A stretch of 62,078 bases of DNA, counting the filler. It is 10 parts of 10 records of this genome, joined end to end, with 100 filler letters (N's around TTAATTAATTAA, not from the genome) between each part and the next. Parts side by side here need not be neighbours in the genome. Positions count along the whole stretch, not along the records: positions 18,670 to 24,317 come from SRR31147125_199310; positions 24,418 to 31,169 come from SRR31147125_199312; positions 31,270 to 36,732 come from SRR31147125_199833; 7 more parts are not named here. One strand, 5' to 3'. Shown here piece by piece: positions 21,489-31,310 of the stretch. The stretch's first letter is position 1. Each line of letters starts with the position of its first letter. The notes beneath the pieces are model-generated. The model was given only the letters and a program-made list of their open reading frames with translations, searched no databases and was not told where the DNA came from. The position numbers and the translations under genes were made by a program.

Positions 21489-22439
21489 CTAACGGCTCCG
21501 CATCATATCGTTGATCCTGTCCGTCAGCGCTTGTGCATGTTCTATCGGACCAACAAAATGATGGGCTCCTGCCCGGTTCGGCCTCCAGAGATTCGAACCG
21601 TCATCGTCAACCGAGTTAACGCCTGGTTCTGACGTTTTGAAAACCTGCCCCCTGCGCCGCTCATCGAGACCGGCGTAGAGAACTGCCAACTGATCCCAGC
21701 TCGGCCTTCCTGTAAATTGATTGTGGAGCAGATATGCCCGCCTCACCGGACTTGATTCCGGATCCTTATTGAGCGGCTGGCCGGTCATGACCTGAAGACC
21801 GAGACTGTAGCCAACAAAGACAATTCGGGTCGGCCAGAGGTTCACAACCTCCTGTGCCGAACGAGCGTCCTGGTAGAAGTTCCACTCCCTTCCACGAGCA
21901 TAATCTCCACCCATGCAGACAAACAGTTTGACCTTTTTCCTCACCAGCTCGACCCCATCCAGAGGGCTGTGCTGATCTCCATCAGAGGCCAGCAGGTCTG
22001 CCAGGTTGCTCAGGTAGCCGATGCTGACGACGGTCACTGAATCATCCGGCTGGGCAGCCAGCATCATTCGATACAGGTCCACGCTTTCGTGATAGTCCTG
22101 TCCTGTCTCATCGAGCATCCCCGCGAGATCCAAGCTGTAGCTGGAATCGTGGGTTATGCGAGGGTTCGCTGCGACCCCGACGGGAATATCCGGTTTGTCG
22201 AAATAGCGGTTGAGAACGGAGACTGTCGGACCACTGTGAGGATCTCCGGAAGAGACCATCACCGCCAGGATCTCGACATCATCGTTCCGGGCCAGCGCAT
22301 GCATCACCGCAACCGCCCCGACATCATCGGCATCCGAAGAAATATCTGTGTCCAGGATCAGCTTTGTAGGGACATCTGCGGCCATGCTGAATGAGTTACT
22401 GAAAAAGAGCACGATGATAAGCAACACGATCCTGTTCAT
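21489..22439 (-). CDS. Nucleoside hydrolase (IUNH) family protein with signal peptide
   Basis: LILDTDISSDADDVGA, IGYLSNLA, MGG, EWNF, SWD; ATGA-coupled start MNRIVLL. Confidence 0.85.
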   Translation of the reverse strand: MNRIVLLIIVLFFSNSFSMAADVPTKLILDTDISSDADDVGAVAVMHALARNDDVEILAVMVSSGDPHSGPTVSVLNRYFDKPDIPVGVAANPRITHDSSYSLDLAGMLDETGQDYHESVDLYRMMLAAQPDDSVTVVSIGYLSNLADLLASDGDQHSPLDGVELVRKKVKLFVCMGGDYARGREWNFYQDARSAQEVVNLWPTRIVFVGYSLGLQVMTGQPLNKDPESSPVRRAYLLHNQFTGRPSWDQLAVLYAGLDERRRGQVFKTSEPGVNSVDDDGSNLWRPNRAGAHHFVGPIEHAQALTDRINDMMRSR

Positions 22440-24078
22440 GGCCCCACGATCTTTCGTAACGTGTTGAAGAGCCCTTTCCCGGTTACACCCTGAGGTGTTC
22501 CTTCCCCGATCTCCCGGATAAAGCGGCCGATTCCCATCTCGCTCAAACTGATCTCCAGGATCAATTCCTGCCCGGGTTCTGCCTCGATCACCGGGAGAAT
22601 AATCTGCGGATCGTTCCCATAGGAATGGAGCGCCCGGCCATCTGCGAGTTCCAGCACCCATCTCGCACTCCCCGTTACGAACAATCGATCGAAATCAGCA
22701 GGGGAATACGATACGAGTTCGCCCCCTTCCTGATTTCTAAGCACAATCCGATAGAGAGAGACGATGCCGATGCGTACGCTGGGATCCACCCGTACCTGGA
22801 AGATACGGTCATGAACGGTAATCCTCCCCGATACCACCGTCCTGCTCCCGGTTAGATAGCGGGTCCAGCCGTGGTCGACGATCCCGCTGTCGGACAGCGT
22901 ATAGAACTGTACGAAGTTGTTGCTGTCCACCTGCTCGGAATCCGACTCCCTTGCTGCATGGCGTTCGAGCTCACGTGATTCGAGCTGAAGCGCCTGGTGG
23001 GTATTGAAAATACGCGAGACATTCTCAAGATAACTCCTGCAGACCGGAGTTTCTTGTGTGAGATCCATCAGGGCACGCTCGAACCCGGCAGCCGCCTCCT
23101 CCCAGTCATGCCACTGCAGAGCGGTTTGTTCCGCCCCCTGCACAGGCGCTGCAGAAGCGTTGGGTCAGCGTTCAGCTCTTCGAGGTATGCAATGACCTGT
23201 TGTTCGTCACCGGATTCCGCCACCAGACCGTTTACCCCGTGTTCAATATACTCGTCATGTCCGGATACGTTGTAGACGACGGCCGTTCCTCCGCAGTGGA
23301 ACATCTCCAAAGGTGGACCGAACATCCCCTCTACCAGAGATAGTTTCACAAGGACATGGCAGGAACGATAGATGTGCGGCGTCTGCTCCAGGCGAACACG
23401 GGAAAACACCCGATCAACGCCATCAACGGCTTCCACATCCGAGGAGGTGAGCAGCCAGATCTCTGCGACCCCGGCCCTCCGGCACAATGCGATCGTTTCC
23501 GGGACGTTCTTGTGAAAAACATCGACTGGTCCCTCGATCAGGACGCGCAGCCCATCCACCGGTTTTTCACTGATGACCGAATTGCCATCGTATAGCTCTT
23601 TCCTGATCCCGTTCCTCACAAGAGAGGGACGCTGGTTGCATTGTGTTTCGAGATACTCCTTGATCCACGTCGCCTCGGTGATAATCGGAAGAGAAAAATA
23701 GTAGCTGTGCTCGCATTTCACCACCCCGGTCGTATGGTCCCTGAGATCCAGACTCTCCAGGTCTTCATCCTGGAAAAAGCGGGACTCGATTGACTGGATG
23801 AAATAGACGTAATGAGTCGAATCAAACAGATGGAGCAGGTACGGGCTCTCCCACCAGGTCGCGATCAGGCAGTCGAATGTCATCTCCCGGGCGTCCTTGG
23901 CCGTTACCCACCGGAGCTGTTCACCCTTCGGGTGCCACCCATACGTGTCCGGCCCGACCTGCTGCCGGGTAATGATGCTCACCTCGTGGCCCAGATCACG
24001 GAGCCCACCCCCGTGTTCGAGGATGACGTTCGTTCCGCCGCTGATGTCGGCAGAGCAGAGGAGAAAACCTATTTTCAT
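22436..24078 (-). CDS. Glycosyltransferase family 4 with C-terminal extension (frameshift at C5 run 23134-23138)
   Basis: SGG, ATWW, EGMFGPPLEMFHCG; ORFs 23068-24078 and 22436-23143 join when one G is restored. Confidence 0.85.
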
Positions 24079-24317
24079 GAGCCAGGACCAAACATCCGTT
24101 TGAATCGTTTCCGACCGTCGAGAGTGGTCAGGAACCCCAGACCTAGCCGTCGGAGGATAATCGGCGGCCACACTCCGGTTTCGAGAAATGCCCCCGGATC
24201 TTTTTTCAGTGCCCAGAGATTTTTCAGCTTCTGCACCGTTGAGACGGACCGGGTATCGTCAAACTCAGTAAACTCAAAAAGACCGAAATTCTCAAGATGG
24301 TAAAGTTTTGCGAAAAA
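24075..24317 (-). CDS. 3' end of an upstream gene, unknown product
   Basis: Open frame ...FKRMFGPGS* with ATGA overlap to the GT4 start. Confidence 0.55.
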   Translation of the reverse strand, partial: FFAKLYHLENFGLFEFTEFDDTRSVSTVQKLKNLWALKKDPGAFLETGVWPPIILRRLGLGFLTTLDGRKRFKRMFGPGS

Positions 24318-24835
24318 NNNNNNNNNNNNNNNNNNNNNNNNNNNNNNNNNNNNNNNNNNNNTTAATTAATTAANNNNNNNNNNNNNNNNNNNNNNNNNNN
24401 NNNNNNNNNNNNNNNNNAGGTTGTGTCACCAAACCTGACACCTTAAATTTGAAGCAACACTAAGAAAGATATTAATTTCTCTGCATGGGGTATGGAAACA
24501 GAGAGGTTATGACTCTCGAGATTATCGTTACTCATTATGAAAAGCAAAATATCTTTAGAAAGAAAACAATGAATCAAAATGGTTGTCAAGATTGTTTTGA
24601 AAATTTAAGAATGACAACTTAATAGATAGTGAGTCACACCCAAACCCAATTTGCGGGAATGGATACTTTGTGGTACTAAAAGTGTTTGGTCAGTGTTGGA
24701 GATAAAAAACGTTGTATCTCTGTTGTTTGGAAAAGTTTTGATCTAAACGTGTGGATTTGGTATAGTTCTCGATTTTAAACAATTTAAGACTTTTTGGTAG
24801 ACTGAAATTCCAGTCATAAACATTAATCTGTTATT

Positions 24836-26407
24836 ATGGAAGAGATAATGACAAAAAAAAGCACGAAAGCCGGATCCGGAAACCCGATCTGGGACTTTTT
24901 TACATCAGTGAAATTGACGGTCGTTGTTTTGCTTTTGCTGGCATCGACCTCCATCATCGGCACATTGATTCCCCAAAACGGGACCGATGCATTTTATATC
25001 CGAAAATATGGGGAGGTGTTTTTCAACCTCTTCAGGACATTGGACATTTTCGACATGTATAGTGCGTGGTGGTTCGTCCTGCTGCTCATTTTGCTTGCCG
25101 GCAATATTGTGGTTTGCTCCATCGATAAGCTGAACAAAACCTGGAAAATCATTTTTCCGGAAAAGGTGACCTTCAATGCCGATCGATTTCGACGGATGAA
25201 ACAAAAGGAAAGTTTCTCATCGGCATCGGAAAAAGGGGATTTGTCCAGTCTGGAAGGCCGATTTGAAGGCGCTCTCGGGAAAAAATTCAACACCGTTGTG
25301 AAAGAAAAAGGGGCGTCCGGAACGCTCATCTTTGCCGAAAGCGGTAGATGGACCCGCATTGGTGTCTATGTGGTCCATCTTAGTATTCTTTTCATGCTGG
25401 TGGGTGCTGTGATCGGTTCCGTATGGGGATACAAAGCATTTGTTACGATCCCGGAAGGAAAAACCGTACATACGGCCACCCTTAGAGGAAGTAACCAGGA
25501 AGTGGATCTGGGGTTCGACCTCACTTGCAATACGTTTTATATTTCATTTTACGATACCGGACATCCGGAAGAGTTTAGATCCAATGTGACTATTAACGAT
25601 GCCGATGAAACCGTCACGACCGATATTATTGTCAACGACCCGTTGCGATATAAGGGCCTCAGTTTTTATCAATCCAGCTACGGCACCGATTCTGCAAGAA
25701 ATGTCGTGTTCAAAATCACCAGCAACGACAGCGGCATGGCTTACTCCAAGTCCATGAAATTTGGTGAGTCCATTGAGATGCCGGAGTTTGGAGGGATGTT
25801 TACCCTGAACCGATTTGTTCGTGGGTATAACTTTCGCGGTCACAATTTAGGAGAAGGGTTTGTGGGAACCCTTGTGTATGAAGACTCATCGGATCATGGA
25901 GAGGAAACAGCAGAATCGACGCCCCAATCCGGAATGCAAAAGGCGATGGCTGCCATGGCAGGCACTTCATCAACCGGAACAGCGATGGCTTCCGAGACAC
26001 CATCAACAAAAATCGATCCGACGACTCAAACGATGCAACGTGTCGAAACTGAGACGCCCAAGCCCCATCGTCATAAAGTGGAAATCTTTGTTCCCGTTAA
26101 ATTCCCGACCTTCGACAAAATGAGAAGAGGGCGATTTATCTTTGAAGTCGAAGATTATGAAAAGAGATACTACACCGGCCTTCAGGTGACCAAAGATCCG
26201 GGCGTCTGGTTTGTCTACCTTGGATTCGTGCTGATGATCGTCGGATGCTGGGTGACCTTTTTCATGTCCCACCAGCAAATATGTGTTGAGGTCACACCGG
26301 ATAAAAATGGGAAATATCACATTCATTTAAGTGGTAGGGCAAATCGAAACAATCAGGGAATGAAACTCAAGCTGGCCAAGCTGGCTGCGAGCTTAAAAAA
26401 TCTGTAA
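24836..26407 (+). CDS. resB: Cytochrome c biogenesis protein ResB (System II)
   Basis: FTSVKL...IGTLIPQN, YVVHLSIL, VNDPLRYKG..FYQSSY, YTGLQVTKDPG. Confidence 0.93.
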   Translation: MEEIMTKKSTKAGSGNPIWDFFTSVKLTVVVLLLLASTSIIGTLIPQNGTDAFYIRKYGEVFFNLFRTLDIFDMYSAWWFVLLLILLAGNIVVCSIDKLNKTWKIIFPEKVTFNADRFRRMKQKESFSSASEKGDLSSLEGRFEGALGKKFNTVVKEKGASGTLIFAESGRWTRIGVYVVHLSILFMLVGAVIGSVWGYKAFVTIPEGKTVHTATLRGSNQEVDLGFDLTCNTFYISFYDTGHPEEFRSNVTINDADETVTTDIIVNDPLRYKGLSFYQSSYGTDSARNVVFKITSNDSGMAYSKSMKFGESIEMPEFGGMFTLNRFVRGYNFRGHNLGEGFVGTLVYEDSSDHGEETAESTPQSGMQKAMAAMAGTSSTGTAMASETPSTKIDPTTQTMQRVETETPKPHRHKVEIFVPVKFPTFDKMRRGRFIFEVEDYEKRYYTGLQVTKDPGVWFVYLGFVLMIVGCWVTFFMSHQQICVEVTPDKNGKYHIHLSGRANRNNQGMKLKLAKLAASLKNL

Positions 26408-26529
26408 ACGGCATTAACGCGAGAGACCCGCACCCCATAAGTTTCGCCCCATTTCTTGTTTTGTGACAAGGATTGGGGACGAAGGCAAAAAAAGCGGTTC
26501 AAGCGATTTTCAATAAGGAATAATACACA

Positions 26530-27360
26530 ATGAATAGTTCACTGCTTCTCTCAATTACGACGTTTGTCTACGCACTGGCATCGGTGCTCTATATCGGCTC
26601 ATGGACATTTAAAAAGGATGCCATGGCAAAAGCCGGCCTGTTTGTTCTGGTGACGGGGTTCACCGGAAATACATTGGGAATTCTTCTTCGATGGATAGAG
26701 TCATATCAGTTGGGGTATGGTCATGCGCCATTCTCCAATATGTATGAATCTTTGGTCTTCTTTTCATGGACGGTGGCGGCCCTCTATCTTTTTGTGGAAT
26801 TTAAATATAAAGAACGCATCATCGGAGTGTTTGCCACGCCATTGGTTTTTCTCGCCATTGCATATGCATCCCTCTCTCCCTCCGTCACCAATAAAATCTC
26901 TCCCCTGATACCGGCACTTAAAAGTAATTGGCTCATCGCCCACGTAATCACCTGTTTTCTCGGGTATGCCGGATTTGCCGTGGCGTTTGGGTTCAGCATT
27001 ATGTATTTGATGAAACCGGAATCCAATGGTGAAAGCAAACTGATGTCAAAACTTCCCTCTCCGGATGTGATCGATGAGCTGATTCATCAGATGGTGATGT
27101 TCGGATTTCTCTTTTTGACCATCGGCATCATCACCGGGGCTGTTTGGGCAAACTCCGCATGGGGGACGTACTGGTCTTGGGACCCCAAGGAGACATGGTC
27201 GCTCATCACCTGGTTTATTTACGCGATACTGCTTCACCTTCGAATGATGAGGGGATGGCACGGCAAGCGGATTTCATGGGTGTCCATTATCGGGTTCATG
27301 GCCGTCCTTTTTACCTATTTCGGCGTCAATCTTCTTCCGGGTCTTCACAGCTACGCATAA
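26530..27360 (+). CDS. ccsA: Cytochrome c biogenesis protein CcsA/ResC (WWD domain)
   Basis: GAVWANSAWGTYWSWDPKETW, HAPFSNMYE, GLHSYA. Confidence 0.95.
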   Translation: MNSSLLLSITTFVYALASVLYIGSWTFKKDAMAKAGLFVLVTGFTGNTLGILLRWIESYQLGYGHAPFSNMYESLVFFSWTVAALYLFVEFKYKERIIGVFATPLVFLAIAYASLSPSVTNKISPLIPALKSNWLIAHVITCFLGYAGFAVAFGFSIMYLMKPESNGESKLMSKLPSPDVIDELIHQMVMFGFLFLTIGIITGAVWANSAWGTYWSWDPKETWSLITWFIYAILLHLRMMRGWHGKRISWVSIIGFMAVLFTYFGVNLLPGLHSYA

Positions 27361-27406
27361 TGTTCGCCCATTTTTAATACAATCGAAAAATTGTTACCAC
27401 CCATTT

Positions 27407-27448
27407 CAAAATCCATCCTGTGCAGCCGAGGTTGCCGGATGGATTTTG
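27407..27448 (+). terminator. Probable terminator hairpin after ccsA
   Basis: CAAAATCCATCC...GGATGGATTTTG inverted repeat. Confidence 0.6.
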
Positions 27449-27450
27449 TC

Positions 27451-27479
27451 TTGACAAGGGTTAGGTATGTTAATATAGA
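27451..27479 (+). promoter_or_regulatory. Sigma70 promoter upstream of qrc
   Basis: TTGACA-N17-TATAGA. Confidence 0.55.
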
Positions 27480-27484
27480 TTAAC

Positions 27485-27831
27485 GGTATTTAGCCTCGAT
27501 ATGGTTTCATTTGAAACCCTTCCAAGGTAAGGCATCGAATTCCTTCACAATTCAATTTATATTGAACTGTGGAGAGATGGTACATGCGGCGTGCGATTCT
27601 TTTTTCGTTTGAAAAAAGAAGTGTCGCAGAACATGTGGAAGTGTCTGTGGGGCAGGAAGCAATTCCTCCCGCAGCGGATATAATTCGGGTTGAGATACTC
27701 CATTTTTTTGTAAAAACTGCAACCGTGGGTAGGGTCTTTCATTTTACCGACTTGCAGGGTTTGACGATTAAATGAGGCGTTCAATCCGAGCGGGTATAAG
27801 TTACATCAACAATTTAATTGATGGGGTTTTC
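27485..27831 (+). ncRNA. Candidate structured leader RNA of qrcABC (family not recognised)
   Basis: At least six hairpins plus a possible closing helix; see findings. Confidence 0.45.
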
Positions 27832-28505
27832 ATGAGTGAATTAGAAAAGAAAACTGAAGATGGCTCAATGGACGCCGCTGACACAAGCGCATCCGGCGAG
27901 CAGAAGGCAGGAGGGGATTCCGGTGTTGGTCTGGGAGTCCTTTTTTCATTGGAGCGTTCGCTGTCTGTTTTCTATCGGGCTGGTTGCTGTTTCCAAGCCT
28001 GCTCTATTCAAAAAAAGAGCAGCCCTTTAACTTCAATCATGCTTTGCACGTAGAAGAGACCGGCGGATGTGATTCCTGCCACTTTTTCAGGGAAGACGGC
28101 AGTTATGCCGGAATTCCGACAACCGCTTCCTGCATGGAGTGCCACGAAAGTCAACTGGGTGAAACCGAAGATGAAGCGATCTTCATCACCGAGTACGTGG
28201 AGAAAGAAAAAGAGGTTCCCTGGCTGATCTATTCCAGGCAGCCGGACTGTGTCTTCTTCTCCCATTCGGCCCATGTGATCAAAGCGCAGATGGATTGCGT
28301 GACCTGCCATGGTCCAATCGGTGAATCCGAAACCTGCAAGCCGTATGAAGAGAATCGAATCACCGGCTACAGTCGTGACATCTGGGGCAAAAACATCTGG
28401 GGAATCAAGAAAAATCCCTGGGATCGCATGAAGATGGACGACTGCGGAGAGTGTCACAAAGAGACAATGGGAAGCAAGGGTGCATGTTTTCAGTGTCATA
28501 AATAG
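27832..28505 (+). CDS. qrcA: Menaquinone reductase multiheme cytochrome c subunit QrcA (frameshift at T6 run 27941-27946)
   Basis: TM anchor, QPFNFNHALH, five CxxCH motifs, YSRQPDCVFFSHSAH, NRITGYSRDIWG. Confidence 0.9.
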
Positions 28506-28559
28506 TCGACACTCCCTTGGTTATGGAATGCTTTAAACGATATTTGAGGTATATACCCT

Positions 28560-30719
28560 ATGAAAATAGACAGAAGAAGCTTCTTGGGACTGGGACTTGG
28601 TGCGGCAGCAGGTGTGGCGGCCTCACCGGCGACCTGGAAACTGACGGATGACTCTTCCATCTGGACCCAGAACTGGCCATGGACCCCTGTTCCTCGTGAT
28701 GGAGAAGTCACATTTGACGATACCGTATGCCGCCTGTGTCCGGGCCGATGCGGCATCAGCGTCCGGAAAATTGCCGGCCGCGCCGTAAAAATCGAAGGGC
28801 GAGACGGATATCCCGTCAACGACGGCGGCGTCTGCCTCCATGGTTTGTCCGCCCTGCAGTATCTGTATGATCCTTCCAGGGTCAAAGCCCCGATGGTTAA
28901 AAAAGGGGGATCCTGGAGAAAGGTGAAATGGGAAGAGGCCATCGCCCTTGTCGCTGAAAAAATTAAAACCATCCGGGAATCCGGTAAGGCAGACGGCATC
29001 GCCTGCATCGCGGAAGATGACAAAGGTTCGACGGCCGGACTTTACAAACGCTTCCTCATGGCGGTCGGCTCCCAGAATTTTTACACCATGGATACCATGG
29101 AAAAGAGCTGGGGCATGGTGTTGTCAAAAATGCATGGGATTTCCAATGCAACCGCCGGATTCGATCTGGCAAACGCCGATTACGTCCTCAGTTTCGGTGC
29201 CGGCTTCATCGAAGGTTGGGGATCCCCTATCAACAACTTTCTTGCCAACAGCTCTCGAAAAGCGCGTCATGCCAAATTGGTTCAGGTGGAATGTCGACTT
29301 TCCAATACGGCAGCTGCTGCAGACAAATGGATTCCTGCCAAACCGGGCAGCGAGGCAGACCTTGCCCTTGGTATCTGCAGCGCCATGATTACCGGTAGCC
29401 TTTATGACAAAGACTATGCAAAAAAGAGTGGAAAAGCCTTTGATTCCTTTGCCAAATTAGTGACGGAAAAGTTTGCACCGGAACAAGTGACGCACACAAC
29501 CGGTATCGATGTGTCGATAATCAAGGAGCTGGCAGCCGATTTTGCAAAAGCAAAAACCCCCTTGGCCATTGCCGGTCGGGGGAAAGGCGACAGTGCCGGG
29601 AGCGTGATGGAATTTGCCGCTGTCCATGCATTGAACTGCCTGGCTGGTAATATCAATAAAAAAGGCGGTGTCTGGACACTTATCCAGGACAATCCACTGA
29701 CTTGGCCCTCTCTTGGTATGGACGACATGGCCACCAAGGGCTATGGCAAGGCGCCCATTGGAGCAAACGGCTCCGCTTCAAAACTGTTTGAAGCCGTCAA
29801 CAAGGCAGACGGTGCCTCACCCGTAGATATGCTCATGACCTACAACGCCAACCCCTGCTTTGCGCTTCATGACGCCAAAGGGGTTCAAAAAGCGGTTGAG
29901 ACAATTCCGTTTGTAGTCAGTGTCTCCTCTTACATGGATGAGACCGCCCAAATGGCAGATCTCGTTCTTCCCACGCATATGTTCCTAGAGATGTCTGAAG
30001 ATCTCTACAGTGGTGCGGGAATGGTGCAGAAAGTCACCTCCCTGTCAAACACCGTTGCCGCCCCTCTTTTCGACACGAAAACCCCGGGTGATGTGGTTCT
30101 CATGATGGCCAAAGCCCTCGAGGGAACCGTGGCTTCGAGCTTCCCTTGGGACTCCTATGCGGAGTGTCTTGAAAGCGTCACCGGAGAGGTGTGGAGCACC
30201 CTGTCGGAAGAGGGATTCATTGCCCCGCCCGCGGAGCCTCCGGCTGTAAAGGCGAGTGTCGATTTTGCACTCTTCAAGAAATTTGGCGGCGTACCCCAGC
30301 CAGAAGGGAATGCAAAACAGTTCCCCCTCACCCTCATTCAGATGGATCACATTCGATTGGCATCCGGCTCCCTTGCTTCCTCTCCCTTTGCCATGAAAAC
30401 CGTCTCCGATAAACTCCTTAAAGGAGATGAGTCCCTGGTCGAGATGAACCCTGAAACAGCGGATCAGGTGGGAGTTTCCGATGGAGATATCGCCGTCATT
30501 GAGACGCCGGTGGGGAAAGCCGTGGTCAAGGTGAACCTCTTTGACGGAATCATGCCGGGAGTCATCGCCATGGCAGAAGGCCTGGGTCACTTTGAGGGGC
30601 CGAACAAATACATCGGCGGAAAAGGTGTGAACGTGAATGAGTTGATCGGCCCTGTAACGGATCCCGCTTCAGGACTGGACGCAGCCTGGGGAATTCGAGC
30701 TCGACTCTCCAGAGCATAA
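28560..30719 (+). CDS. qrcB: Menaquinone reductase molybdopterin-binding-like subunit QrcB
   Basis: TAT motif DRRSFL, WKLTDDSSIWTQNW, CxxCxxxC...C. Confidence 0.92.
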   Translation: MKIDRRSFLGLGLGAAAGVAASPATWKLTDDSSIWTQNWPWTPVPRDGEVTFDDTVCRLCPGRCGISVRKIAGRAVKIEGRDGYPVNDGGVCLHGLSALQYLYDPSRVKAPMVKKGGSWRKVKWEEAIALVAEKIKTIRESGKADGIACIAEDDKGSTAGLYKRFLMAVGSQNFYTMDTMEKSWGMVLSKMHGISNATAGFDLANADYVLSFGAGFIEGWGSPINNFLANSSRKARHAKLVQVECRLSNTAAAADKWIPAKPGSEADLALGICSAMITGSLYDKDYAKKSGKAFDSFAKLVTEKFAPEQVTHTTGIDVSIIKELAADFAKAKTPLAIAGRGKGDSAGSVMEFAAVHALNCLAGNINKKGGVWTLIQDNPLTWPSLGMDDMATKGYGKAPIGANGSASKLFEAVNKADGASPVDMLMTYNANPCFALHDAKGVQKAVETIPFVVSVSSYMDETAQMADLVLPTHMFLEMSEDLYSGAGMVQKVTSLSNTVAAPLFDTKTPGDVVLMMAKALEGTVASSFPWDSYAECLESVTGEVWSTLSEEGFIAPPAEPPAVKASVDFALFKKFGGVPQPEGNAKQFPLTLIQMDHIRLASGSLASSPFAMKTVSDKLLKGDESLVEMNPETADQVGVSDGDIAVIETPVGKAVVKVNLFDGIMPGVIAMAEGLGHFEGPNKYIGGKGVNVNELIGPVTDPASGLDAAWGIRARLSRA

Positions 30720-30744
30720 TTGTGAGAAAATTTAAGAGGTTCTG

Positions 30745-31169
30745 ATGACACAAGATAATCACGCAAAAGCGCATAAATTCGGAATGGTGATCGATCTGGA
30801 CAAATGCACCGGATGCGGCTCCTGCATGGTGGCGTGCATGTCCGAAAACAACGTTCCGTTTAAAGAAGATGAAACCGATAAAAAAGACAGCATCACCTGG
30901 ATGAAGGTATTCAAGCTGACGAATGGCAAATCCTTTCCCGATACCGATGTCTGCTACCTGCCGAGACCGTGTATGCATTGCGGCGGCGAAGGAGATCATG
31001 GTCACTCGCCTTGTGTTTCCGTTTGTCCGGCAACGGCAACGGATTACGGGCATGACACCGGAATCGTCAGTCAGATTTACACCCGTTGTTTCGGATGCCG
31101 ATACTGCATGGGAGCATGCCCCTACCACGCCCGTTATTTCAACTGGTGGGATCCCAAATGGCCCGAAGG
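30745..31169 (+). CDS. qrcC: Menaquinone reductase Fe-S subunit QrcC, 3'-truncated
   Basis: GMVIDLDKCTGCGSCMVACMSENN, PRPCMHC, RCFGCRYCMGACPY. Confidence 0.92.
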
Positions 31170-31310
31170 NNNNNNNNNNNNNNNNNNNNNNNNNNNNNNN
31201 NNNNNNNNNNNNNTTAATTAATTAANNNNNNNNNNNNNNNNNNNNNNNNNNNNNNNNNNNNNNNNNNNNTTTTTTACATGGCTGATATGATTTGTGCTGA
31301 GGTGACAAAT

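Noticed and set aside
27557-27784. Short ORFs 27557-27784 (-) and 27569-27775 (+); AGGAAGCA resembling SRP RNA
   Set aside because: No recognisable protein features, the region is better explained by RNA structure, and the SRP CAGG..GGAA context is missing.
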